Shown: piece by piece, positions 37,615-46,156 of the stretch
Layout of the letters: every line of letters begins with the position of its first letter
Position numbering within the stretch: the first letter of the stretch is position 1
Assembly (NCBI GenBank): GCA_965242525.1
Contig: OZ251459.1
Location: forward strand, 2,880,001 to 2,944,000
DNA: 64,000 nt
Source of the DNA: an uncultured Candidatus Binatia bacterium
Lineage (GTDB): Bacteria; Desulfobacterota; Binatia; UBA9968; JAJDTQ01
Direction of reading: 5' to 3'
Program-made: the position numbers and the translations under genes
Notes under the pieces: model-generated
Seen by the model: the letters and a program-made list of their open reading frames with translations, nothing else
Told to the model about the DNA's origin: nothing
Databases searched by the model: none

Positions 37615-38964
37615 GTGCCCAACAGCAACCGAGGGAACGGCACATGGGTCGATCTGGACCGGGGCGTGGTCAGCCGGGAGATCTTCGTCAACCCGGACAT
37701 CTACCAGGAGGAACTGGAGCGGATCTTCGCGCGCACGTGGCTCTTCGTCGGACATGAGAGCCAGATCCCGCAACCGGGCGATTTCTTCCTCTCCAGGATG
37801 GGCGAGGAGTCGGTCATCGTCACGCGGGACCCGCGGGGCCAGGTCCACGTCCTGCTGAACACCTGCCGGCATCGGGGCATGAAGGTGTGCCGCTACGACC
37901 AGGGCAACACGTCCGTGTTCACCTGTCCCTACCACGGATGGAGCTACTCCACGGACGGCGGCCTAGTAAAGGTCCCCGGCGACCTCTACGGCGTGCCCCA
38001 GTACCGGACGGGCTACCGCGAACGGCTGGACAAGTCGGAGTGGGGCTTGGTCCACGCGGCGCAGACCGCGGCGTACAAGGGCGCCGTCTGGGCTACGTGG
38101 GACGAGTCCGCGCCCCCCTTCACCGACTACCTGGGGGGCATGCGCGTGTACCTGGACGCGCTGCTGGACGCCCGGGACGGGAGCGAGGGGGGAAGCGAGG
38201 TGCTGGGCGGGGTGGTCAAGTGGCGGATGCCGTGCAACTGGAAGTTCGCCGCGGAGAACTTCGCCTGGGACACGTACCACAGCCCCACCACCCACAAGTC
38301 CGCGGAGATCGCCGGGCTGGGGCCGGGCGGGGAAGGACAGGAGCGCCACGGCTCCGTCCACCGCAACCAGGCCAAGCGGTTCACCGGCGGCCTCATGGCC
38401 TTCCCCGGACTCGGCCACGCCACCATCACGGGTCCCCCGGAGACGGGCGCCGAGGCGTGGTTCCCCGAATTCCCCAACGACCCGGCGGTGGCGCAGTACT
38501 TCGAGGAGGTCCGGGAGAAACGGAGGCAGCGCCTGGAGGGGAAGGTCACCGTGACCCCCGGGAACGGCAACGTGTTCCCGAACACCGCGTTCCACCCCTG
38601 GTTCCCCCGGACCATGGTGGTGTGGCACCCGGTGGGGCCGAGCCGGACCGAAGCGTGGCGCTGGTTCCTGGTGGACCGGGACGCGCCCTGGGAGGTGAAG
38701 GACCTGCTGCGCCACTACTACATGCGGTTCTCGGGTCCCAGCGGCATGGTGGAGTCGGACGACATGGACAACTGGGTCTATGCCACGGAGGCCAGCCGGG
38801 GCGTCATCGCGCGCCGCTACCCCTACAACTACGGCATGGGCCTGGGCTTCGCGCGCCCGGTGGACGGCCTCCCCGACGCCGTGACCGTGGACGCGCCCTT
38901 TTCCGAAGAGGGAGCCCGGGCCTTCTACAAACGCTGGGCGGAGCTCATGGATGGCAAGGCGTAG
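37615..38964 (+). CDS. Rieske aromatic ring-hydroxylating dioxygenase alpha subunit
   Basis: CRH-x17-CPYH Rieske motif; NWKFAAENF..DTYH...TH and DDMDNW iron-site motifs. Confidence 0.93.
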   Translation: MPNSNRGNGTWVDLDRGVVSREIFVNPDIYQEELERIFARTWLFVGHESQIPQPGDFFLSRMGEESVIVTRDPRGQVHVLLNTCRHRGMKVCRYDQGNTSVFTCPYHGWSYSTDGGLVKVPGDLYGVPQYRTGYRERLDKSEWGLVHAAQTAAYKGAVWATWDESAPPFTDYLGGMRVYLDALLDARDGSEGGSEVLGGVVKWRMPCNWKFAAENFAWDTYHSPTTHKSAEIAGLGPGGEGQERHGSVHRNQAKRFTGGLMAFPGLGHATITGPPETGAEAWFPEFPNDPAVAQYFEEVREKRRQRLEGKVTVTPGNGNVFPNTAFHPWFPRTMVVWHPVGPSRTEAWRWFLVDRDAPWEVKDLLRHYYMRFSGPSGMVESDDMDNWVYATEASRGVIARRYPYNYGMGLGFARPVDGLPDAVTVDAPFSEEGARAFYKRWAELMDGKA

Positions 38965-39562
38965 AACGACACCGGCAAGGACGCTTCCCGGGCCTCACGA
39001 AGCCCCTGCGTCGAACGCGGGCGGCGACGAAGGAAAGCTGCGCCGCATGCTGCTCACCCACGAGGTCCACGAGTTCCTCTGCAACGAGGCCGACCTCCTG
39101 GACGAGCGCCGCTACGAGGAGTGGCTGGACCTGCTGACCGACGACGTCTCCTACTGGGTCCCCATCCGCAGGAACGTGCAGTTCGGCCACTGGGACACGG
39201 AGAACACCCGGCAAGGCCTGGACATGAACTGGTTCGACGAGGGCAAGGCCACACTGAGGCTCCGCGTCAAGCAACTCATGTCGGGAGTGCACTGGGTGGA
39301 GGAGCCGACCCCCCGGGTCTCCCGTCTGGTCTCCAACGTCCACGACGTCCGGGCCGTCCCGACCCCGGAGGACCCCGAAGAGGTCAGCGTCAAGTACCGC
39401 ATCCTGATCTACCGGAACAAGCTCGACGACAGCACCGACGTCTTCGCCGGCAAACGCCACGACGTGCTGCGCAAGGTCAACGGCCAGTGGAAGATCGCCA
39501 GGCGCACCATGCTCCTGGACCAGAGCGTCCTGCTGGCCGCCACCATGCCGGTGGTGCTGTGA
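38951..39562 (+). CDS. Ring-hydroxylating dioxygenase beta subunit
   Basis: EADLLDERRYEEWLDLL, YWVP, KRHDVLR...WKIARRTMLLDQSVL. Confidence 0.9.
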   Translation: MARRRTTPARTLPGPHEAPASNAGGDEGKLRRMLLTHEVHEFLCNEADLLDERRYEEWLDLLTDDVSYWVPIRRNVQFGHWDTENTRQGLDMNWFDEGKATLRLRVKQLMSGVHWVEEPTPRVSRLVSNVHDVRAVPTPEDPEEVSVKYRILIYRNKLDDSTDVFAGKRHDVLRKVNGQWKIARRTMLLDQSVLLAATMPVVL

Positions 39563-39574
39563 GGGGAGCGGTAG

Positions 39575-40648
39575 ATGGCGGCAAGTCCAGCCGTCCCGAC
39601 GAAGGAAAGGTCGTTGTGGCGCATTTTCGATCGGACTCCGTTCGAAGATCTCATCGCAGTCGAGCGAACAAGCGGCGACCGCGTGCTCCAGTTGATCGAC
39701 TACCCTGCGTATTTCGAGTTGCTCGGGCGTCCACTCCCTGCGAACCGCAGCAGGATCCTGGAAGCGTTGGCCAGCGAGAAGTTGATCTGCCGGTGCGACG
39801 CAGGTGATTGGAATATAACGAACCTCGGAGCGATACTGTTTGCAAAGAAGCTGGGGGATATGCCCGGCCTGCGCCGCAAGGCCATGCGAGTCATCCAGTA
39901 TCGCGGACACGACCGCACCCGAACCCTGAGGGAGCAAGTCGGGGACAAGGGTTACGCACCCGGTTTCGAAGGCTTGATCCGCTTCATCAACGCCCTGCTG
40001 CCCTCCAACGAAGTCATCGAGGAAGCCCTCAGGAAGACGGTGCCGGAGTTCCCCGAACTTGTAGTGCGGGAACTTCTGGCAAACGCCCTGGTCCACCAGG
40101 ACTTCACGGTCACCGGCGCAGGTCCAATGGTGGAGATCTTCGAGGACCGCATCGAGGTCACCAACCCCGGCGCGCCGCTGGTGGATGCGCGACGCTTCGT
40201 GGACACGCCGCCACACTCTCGCAACGAGACCCTGGCATCCTTCATGCGCCGAATCGGTATCTGCGAGGAACGCGGCAGCGGATGGGACAAGATCGTTTCC
40301 GTGAGTGAGTTCTATCAGCTACCGGCCCCGCTCGTGGAAGTACCCAACGACCACACTCGTGTGGTGCTGTTTGCGCCTCGTCCGCTGTCGAAGATGGACA
40401 GGGCCGATCGTGTGCGGGCCGTCTATCTCCACGCTTGCCTGCGGTACGTAAACCGGGAATACGTCACCAATACGTCTGTGCGCGGCCGTTTTGGCCTTGA
40501 AGGAAAGAACACCGCGAAGGCTTCACGACTGATTGCAGAGTCCCTCGAGGAAGGTGCGATTTTGTCCGACGACCCGACAGCCCCCCGCAGGCTGATGCGG
40601 TACGTGCCGTGGTGGGCAAAGAACGAGGATCCGACACCCCTCCGATGA
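39575..40648 (+). CDS. N-terminally truncated Schlafen/AlbA_2-type ATP-binding protein (HATPase_c_4 + wHTH part only)
   Basis: RELLANALVHQDF, DRIEVTNPG, SRNETLASFMRRIGICEERGSG; begins at KERSLW, which is internal in the homologs I recall. Confidence 0.7.
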   Translation: MAASPAVPTKERSLWRIFDRTPFEDLIAVERTSGDRVLQLIDYPAYFELLGRPLPANRSRILEALASEKLICRCDAGDWNITNLGAILFAKKLGDMPGLRRKAMRVIQYRGHDRTRTLREQVGDKGYAPGFEGLIRFINALLPSNEVIEEALRKTVPEFPELVVRELLANALVHQDFTVTGAGPMVEIFEDRIEVTNPGAPLVDARRFVDTPPHSRNETLASFMRRIGICEERGSGWDKIVSVSEFYQLPAPLVEVPNDHTRVVLFAPRPLSKMDRADRVRAVYLHACLRYVNREYVTNTSVRGRFGLEGKNTAKASRLIAESLEEGAILSDDPTAPRRLMRYVPWWAKNEDPTPLR

Positions 40649-40826
40649 AAAACCTGCATCCCGTCCGGGAGAAGTCAAAACGAGATCTTCCTGCTTTCGT
40701 GTGGGCGGGGTCCCACGGTGGGGGTGCAGCGGGGTTGAGGGGATGGGTCCTCTCCACGAACCGCCCCAACCGTGTCAGCCATCCGTCCGTCGGTGCACTG
40801 TGAAGATGCTGACAGCTTCGGTTTCG

Positions 40827-41609
40827 TCAGGCTGCGATCCGCCGCAAGAGCTTGCGGTTGAAGTCCTCGTGAGACGCCAGCGACGAGATCATGTCGCCAG
40901 CCACGTCCGAGAGCCGGGCGAGATCCATCCGGGGAATCTGGGCTTGGTCTTCGAATACCAGGATCGACTCGAAGGCCAACCCATGCCGGTGAAAATAGGA
41001 CAACATGATCGTCGTCAACCTTGCCTTGTCACGGTTGGGCACACCGTACAGGAACAACGGAACGTCGCCCTTGCCTTCGATCCGGTAGTCCACCGGATAG
41101 GCCTGGGAGTTCGGCACGTCCGGTTGGTAATCGTGCTCGACCTTCTCTTCATCCACTAGGCGGGAAAGGAGATCGGCAAGATCGTCGTAGAACGTGGAAC
41201 CGACGTTCGAACGGGACAGGAATGTCAGGCCGTAGATCCTCGTGAGCGCCTGTCCGAACTGGAAAATGGCCTCGGGCAACCGGTTGGGGGAAGTGTCGAA
41301 GCAGAAAGCGCCGCCGTCCCATCCCAGTCCGCTCTCGCCCATGATACGTTCGAGGAGCATTCCCCGGGTTCCGTCCATGAAAGAGTCGATGTCGTGCTCG
41401 TAACTGATGTGCATGAGCGTATGGCCGCGATCCGACAGCCTCAGCCCGCCTGACGCGGCTTCGGAAAGATGGATCGGGTAACCGTCCCCGTCGGGAAACT
41501 GAAAATGCGTGCGAAGCATCAGGGCGCCGTCCGGACGCTCCTCGACCTGCACGTCTTCGCACAGGCGCTCGCACAAGAGGTTTCGGAGGGTATCCGGGTT
41601 GATGGTCAC
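40827..41609 (-). CDS. DUF1828/DUF1829 domain protein
   Basis: RTHFQFPDGD, LSDRGHTL, STFYDDL, YPVDYRIEG. Confidence 0.75.
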   Translation of the reverse strand: MTINPDTLRNLLCERLCEDVQVEERPDGALMLRTHFQFPDGDGYPIHLSEAASGGLRLSDRGHTLMHISYEHDIDSFMDGTRGMLLERIMGESGLGWDGGAFCFDTSPNRLPEAIFQFGQALTRIYGLTFLSRSNVGSTFYDDLADLLSRLVDEEKVEHDYQPDVPNSQAYPVDYRIEGKGDVPLFLYGVPNRDKARLTTIMLSYFHRHGLAFESILVFEDQAQIPRMDLARLSDVAGDMISSLASHEDFNRKLLRRIAA

Positions 41610-41698
41610 GGAAACAGCCTTGGCTCATCAGGTTGAGCGTTGATCCCTGTCAGCCCGAAGTCCTGTATCAGACAATACAGGGCCCTCTCAAGATTGCC
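41606..41698 (-). pseudogene. C-terminal remnant of the small gene normally upstream of DUF1828
   Basis: LERALYCLIQDFGLTGINAQPDEPRLFP*; its TGA overlaps the DUF1828 GTG; no start codon, in-frame TAG just upstream. Confidence 0.45.
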
Positions 41699-41723
41699 CT
41701 AGCCTTCCCGGGCCTGCACCACG

Positions 41724-43163
41724 TCATACAGGTCGAAATCCGTGATCGCCCTTGACCCAATGATACACGCATTTCCTTGTCTCGGACCGTCCGAACCTCC
41801 CCATCTGCTGGCTGGAGTTCCCCTTGCCGCGGGGCAGCACCCAGATGGCTTCGCATCGGAACCCGGATTGCTCGGCGAAGTCCGACAGGATCAGGTCCAC
41901 CGGCGCCTCTTGCCCGTGGTAGCGCACGTTGTCGTTGACCATGAAGACGTTGCCCCCGGACCGGACGACACGTCCCAACTCCTGTACGATGACGGCCATC
42001 TCCGTGAAGTAGTTCTCCAGCAGCGTAATGACGTTCCGGTTGCTCAACTCCGAAGCGTGGGCGCGCAGTACGGAAAGGACCTCCTGCAACGCGGCCTGTT
42101 GGTCCACCATGCGAAAGGTCCGGGCAAGCCGCGGCGCGCCCCCGTATGCGGCCCGAAGCGTCGCGCGCTTCGAGTGGTTCTCCACCGTGGCCGACAGAAG
42201 CGCTTGCCGCAACGCCTTGATGGCCGGCGCGTCGTGGCCGAGATAGACCAGTTCCAGCGCGTACGTCCTCGTGTAGTCGTACCGGTTCGCATACGGCGGA
42301 GAGGTGACCACGCAATCGAAACGGCCTTCGGGCAGTTTCCGCAACTCCGTCAGGCTCGAACCGGTAATGAACGTCGGAGCCGGCCCCGCGTACCGCGCCT
42401 TCAACAGGGAAAAGTCCTGCGCGATCTGCCGAAGTCGGACCGACAAGGCCGCGGAGAACGACGGCAGCGGTCCCTTGTCCAGTTTGGCCGATACGGTCCT
42501 GCCCGAGCGCGGGTCCCAACGCAGGAACTGCCCGTCCTTCCGGGTGTAGCTCACCTCTTCCAGCACGCTGAGACAGGCAAGGTTCAGGACCGCGGCAAGG
42601 CCGGGGTCCTGCGCTTGGGCCAGGAACTTCCGGGCGTTGGCAATCTCGCCTTCGGTGGACGGCGAAAAGGCGCCCCGGGTGATGGGGACGTGTGCGAGCG
42701 CGTACCGAAGGTCCGGCTCCTTACGGGAATTACGGGAAACGGCTCGAAGCAGGGCTTGGGAAGCGTTACGGAAGTCATGCGCCGACAACCCGTTCGCCGC
42801 ATGGACCACCGCCTGTGCGGCCAGGTTGCCCAAGGGCAGTATCTCGATGCCGGTTCCCTGGACTCCCAGGCCCATGGCCGTCAGCGCCGTAGTGCCAGCC
42901 CCCGAAAACGGGTCCAGGACCTCGGTTCCCTTGCCGGACTCGATGAGTTGTCGAGCCAAGTCGGTGGAGAACCCCTCTTTGTACTTCATCCACCGGAACC
43001 CCACCGACCCCTTGTTGCCCTGGTAGGACACGAGCTTGCGGGTCAAATAGGGGTTGACCCGCACCCGTCGGGCAAACCGCCGGTGCAGGTCCGCCCGGGC
43101 CTCCGTCAGGCCGTTGCCGGGGACGTAGGGAACGGGCACGCCGTCATCGAACAGGGTCCGCAT
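41724..43163 (-). CDS. Type II amino-DNA methyltransferase, M.AvaI/M.BsoBI-like (m4C)
   Basis: DPFSGAGTT (motif I), TSPPY (motif IV), LVSYQGNK..RWMKYKEGFS and GKGNSSQQMG segments typical of the AvaI/BsoBI MTase family. Confidence 0.8.
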   Translation of the reverse strand: MRTLFDDGVPVPYVPGNGLTEARADLHRRFARRVRVNPYLTRKLVSYQGNKGSVGFRWMKYKEGFSTDLARQLIESGKGTEVLDPFSGAGTTALTAMGLGVQGTGIEILPLGNLAAQAVVHAANGLSAHDFRNASQALLRAVSRNSRKEPDLRYALAHVPITRGAFSPSTEGEIANARKFLAQAQDPGLAAVLNLACLSVLEEVSYTRKDGQFLRWDPRSGRTVSAKLDKGPLPSFSAALSVRLRQIAQDFSLLKARYAGPAPTFITGSSLTELRKLPEGRFDCVVTSPPYANRYDYTRTYALELVYLGHDAPAIKALRQALLSATVENHSKRATLRAAYGGAPRLARTFRMVDQQAALQEVLSVLRAHASELSNRNVITLLENYFTEMAVIVQELGRVVRSGGNVFMVNDNVRYHGQEAPVDLILSDFAEQSGFRCEAIWVLPRGKGNSSQQMGRFGRSETRKCVYHWVKGDHGFRPV

Positions 43164-43408
43164 GATCCACCCGCCAGAGTACCAACTTTCGATGCTCGTA
43201 GAAACCGAGGCGAGGCTTTCGGTATTTGACGGGATTCCGCCAATCGGGCAGCCCGTGCCTCGGGCAAACCAGGGAAGCCTTTTGAATCCAAATAGTTACA
43301 AGGATCTCGTTTATTTGACGGGTATTTGATGGAACGCAACAGGGGCAACGTCGAAAAGTCCTTGTCGGGGCGCGGACGGCGAAGTCATGGAGGAGGTCGG
43401 CAGGCCCC

Positions 43409-44386
43409 TCACACGTCAATGAAAAGATCATGCAGGTCCGGCCTGCGCGAGATCAGGCCCTGGGCCATGGAGTAGTCCAGGAACTTGTCGAGGGCCTTCC
43501 GGTTGGCTTCGATGCCGTGGGGCCAGGGGTCGGAGCCGAGGATGGCGGCAGTGTCCTCCACGTATTCGGAGAACCAGGGGAGGACCCCGGACGACCGTAC
43601 CCGTTCGAGCCTCCGGTAAAAGGACTCCTTCTCCTTCCCCAGCACCCTCTCCAGCCTTCGCGCGATGCCGGGACCCTTCGCCAGATGCTCTTCCTTGAGG
43701 GCCAGGAGGTGCATGATCGGGATGACCCCGTGCTTGCGGTAGTACTCCCTTTCCCGTTCCACCGCGTCGGGGAAGAGGCAGCGCACGCTGCCAAGCGGCG
43801 CCGGCGGGCGGGTCAGGTGGGCGTAGATCACCGCGTCGAGCCTGCCTTCGAGCAACCAGTCGAAGAGCCTCGCCTCCTTGCCCACGTACTCCACCCGGTC
43901 GGCGACCTCGCGCGGCAGCCGGACCCGCTCCACCCGGCCCGTGAACCAGCGGACGGCCTCGGGTCTCACGCCGAAGTCCTCCTGGAGAAGGCCGCGGACC
44001 CACACCGCCGCGGTCATGTGGAAGTCCGGCGCCCCCACCCGCCGCCCTTCGAGTTGCTCACCGCTCACCAGAGGGCTGTCGGCTTTCACGAACAGCGCGG
44101 AATGGCGGAAGCGGCGGGAGGTAAAGATCGGCAAGGCCCGGTAGGCGCGCCAACCCTGTTCCCGCATCATCGTGTAGCTCGACAGGGACAACTCGGTGAC
44201 GTCGTAGCGCGGCGACCTGAGCACCTGCCGGAAGAGCTTGTTGGGCGGGTCCACATAGCGCCAACGGATGTCGAGGCCGTGGGCCTGGTGGCGTCCGCTG
44301 GTGATGGCGCCGAGGAACGGGTAGTCGTTGCTGGCGAAATCGAGCCGGAGTCGAAGGGGCGCCGCGCCTGCCTGCTTCTCAGCCAA
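43409..44386 (-). CDS. 4,5-dihydroxyphthalate decarboxylase-like / periplasmic-binding-fold protein
   Basis: YDVTELSLSSY, LPIFTSRRFRHS, MTAAVWVRGLL, VIPIMH, DPWPHGIEANR. Confidence 0.75.
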   Translation of the reverse strand: MAEKQAGAAPLRLRLDFASNDYPFLGAITSGRHQAHGLDIRWRYVDPPNKLFRQVLRSPRYDVTELSLSSYTMMREQGWRAYRALPIFTSRRFRHSALFVKADSPLVSGEQLEGRRVGAPDFHMTAAVWVRGLLQEDFGVRPEAVRWFTGRVERVRLPREVADRVEYVGKEARLFDWLLEGRLDAVIYAHLTRPPAPLGSVRCLFPDAVEREREYYRKHGVIPIMHLLALKEEHLAKGPGIARRLERVLGKEKESFYRRLERVRSSGVLPWFSEYVEDTAAILGSDPWPHGIEANRKALDKFLDYSMAQGLISRRPDLHDLFIDV

Positions 44387-44431
44387 GCCTCCCTCCTCGA
44401 AGCCGGAGCCGGACCATCCGGAGCCGGAACC

Positions 44432-44677
44432 TCACGTGCGGCCCTTCTCCGCGAACTTCTGCACCGCCTTGGGCGCGAAGGCCGCGACCAGGAAGTACAG
44501 GACCAGTTCCGTCTTGCCTTCGCCGGACCCCAGGCCGAACGCTTCCACGAACGCCAGGGCCGCGGCGACCAGGAACGCCAGCATGGACATCAACCGCATG
44601 GACGACGGGTTTCCCTGGTCGTCCGTCATGAACCTCTTGCCTGCCCCATTGGCAGCGGAATTCGTGGTCTCGCTCAT
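44432..44677 (-). CDS. Small two-TM membrane protein
   Basis: 81 aa, DDQGNPSSMRLMS followed by two hydrophobic segments and KAVQKFAE; SD ggagg. Confidence 0.65.
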   Translation of the reverse strand: MSETTNSAANGAGKRFMTDDQGNPSSMRLMSMLAFLVAAALAFVEAFGLGSGEGKTELVLYFLVAAFAPKAVQKFAEKGRT

Positions 44678-44742
44678 GGACTGCTCCTCCGATGGGTCCC
44701 GGTTGGGGTTCAACTACCACCTTCCTGGCGGATTTTGTACCT

Positions 44743-44870
44743 TGGGGGACCCTGAGCAATCCCGGAGGGAGGACACGTCCTTCGACTTCGCTTCGCTACG
44801 CTCAGGACGAACGGGGATGGGGAGCTCGGGACGAACAGGGACAGGGAGCTGAGGACGAACGGGGAACGGG
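44743..44870 (+). repeat. REP core copy with MITE-like left end and degenerate tandem ggacgaac units
   Basis: gggggaccctgagcaat...cgtccttcgacttcgcttcgctacgctcaggacgaacgggg followed by gctcgggacgaac and gctgaggacgaac. Confidence 0.8.
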
Positions 44871-44963
44871 AGGTTTGCGGCGCGTGGCGCCGGGGGCGTT
44901 GACGCTTGCGGGGTCGCTGCTGCATAGTAACGGGGCATGCCGCGGGACCGGAGGTAGTATCCA

Positions 44964-45926
44964 GTGGCGAAACGAAGCCTGCAGGTCATACTCGCCCAGC
45001 CGAGGGGTTTTTGCGCCGGCGTCGTCCGGGCGGTGGACATCGTCGAGCGCGCGATCCGGGTCCATGGCGCGCCGGTTTATGTGCGGCACGAGATCGTCCA
45101 CAACAAGCACGTGGTGGACGCCCTGCGCGACAAGGGCGCGCGCTTCGTGGAGGAGGTCTCGGACATCCCCGAGGGCGCGGTGACGGTGTTCAGCGCCCAC
45201 GGCGTCTCCCGGAAGGTGGAGGACTCCGCGGACGGGCGCGGCCTGCGCGTCATCGACGCCACCTGTCCGTTGGTGACCAAGGTCCACGTGGAGGCGCAAC
45301 GCTACGCCCGGCAGGGTTGCGAGATCGTCCTCATCGGACACGCCGGACACCCGGAAGTCGAGGGGACCATGGGGCAGGTGTCGGGTACCGTCCACCTGGT
45401 TTCCGATGTGGCCGACGTGGCGGCGCTGGAACCGGCCGACCCGGCGAAGCTGGCCTACGTGACCCAGACGACCCTCAGCGTGGACGACACCCGCGAGATC
45501 ATCGCCGCGCTCAGGTCCCGTTTCCCGGAGGTCCGCGGCCCGGACGTGAAGGACATCTGCTACGCGACCCAGAACCGGCAGACCGCGGTGCGGCTGCTGG
45601 CGGCCCGGTCCGACGTGGTCCTGGTCATCGGCGCCGACTACAGTTCGAACTCGAACCGGCTCCGGGAGATCGGCGAAGAGACCGGGACCGACGCCTACCT
45701 CATCCCCGACGCCGGGAGCCTGGAGCCGGCCTGGCTGGACGGCGCACGGACCGTGGGCGTCACCGCGGGCGCGTCCGCGCCCGAAGAGTTGGTCCAAGGG
45801 CTGGTGGACCGGCTGCGTGAGACTTTCGACGTCAGCTTGACGATCCTCGACGGCGTCGAAGAGAACGTCGCCTTCAAGCTGCCGCAAGAGCTTCGCGGCG
45901 CCGAAGAACCGGCCGGAGACCCCTGA
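44964..45926 (+). CDS. ispH: 4-hydroxy-3-methylbut-2-enyl diphosphate reductase
   Basis: [45 protein letters not shown]. Confidence 0.96.
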   Translation: MAKRSLQVILAQPRGFCAGVVRAVDIVERAIRVHGAPVYVRHEIVHNKHVVDALRDKGARFVEEVSDIPEGAVTVFSAHGVSRKVEDSADGRGLRVIDATCPLVTKVHVEAQRYARQGCEIVLIGHAGHPEVEGTMGQVSGTVHLVSDVADVAALEPADPAKLAYVTQTTLSVDDTREIIAALRSRFPEVRGPDVKDICYATQNRQTAVRLLAARSDVVLVIGADYSSNSNRLREIGEETGTDAYLIPDAGSLEPAWLDGARTVGVTAGASAPEELVQGLVDRLRETFDVSLTILDGVEENVAFKLPQELRGAEEPAGDP

Positions 45927-45947
45927 ACCATAGGGATAGGAAGCGGA

Positions 45948-45991
45948 GCGCGCCCTTCGACTTCGCTTCGCTACGCTCAGGACGAACGGGG
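45948..45991 (+). repeat. REP core copy
   Basis: gcgcgcccttcgacttcgcttcgctacgctcaggacgaacgggg; degenerate dRS3 half-units follow at about 46053-46092. Confidence 0.9.
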
Positions 45992-46156
45992 ACAAATTGT
46001 TGGCGCTTCAGGAATTCGTGTGGGTTGTGACACTCCCTGTCTCGTTATCCCCGGGAATGACGAGGGGGTGGGCGTCTGCGGAGCAATGACGGCGTGGTCC
46101 CTGTCGCTCCCCTTTCCCTCCTACCTTACTCCTGCCTTACCCACACAAGGGTTTCC

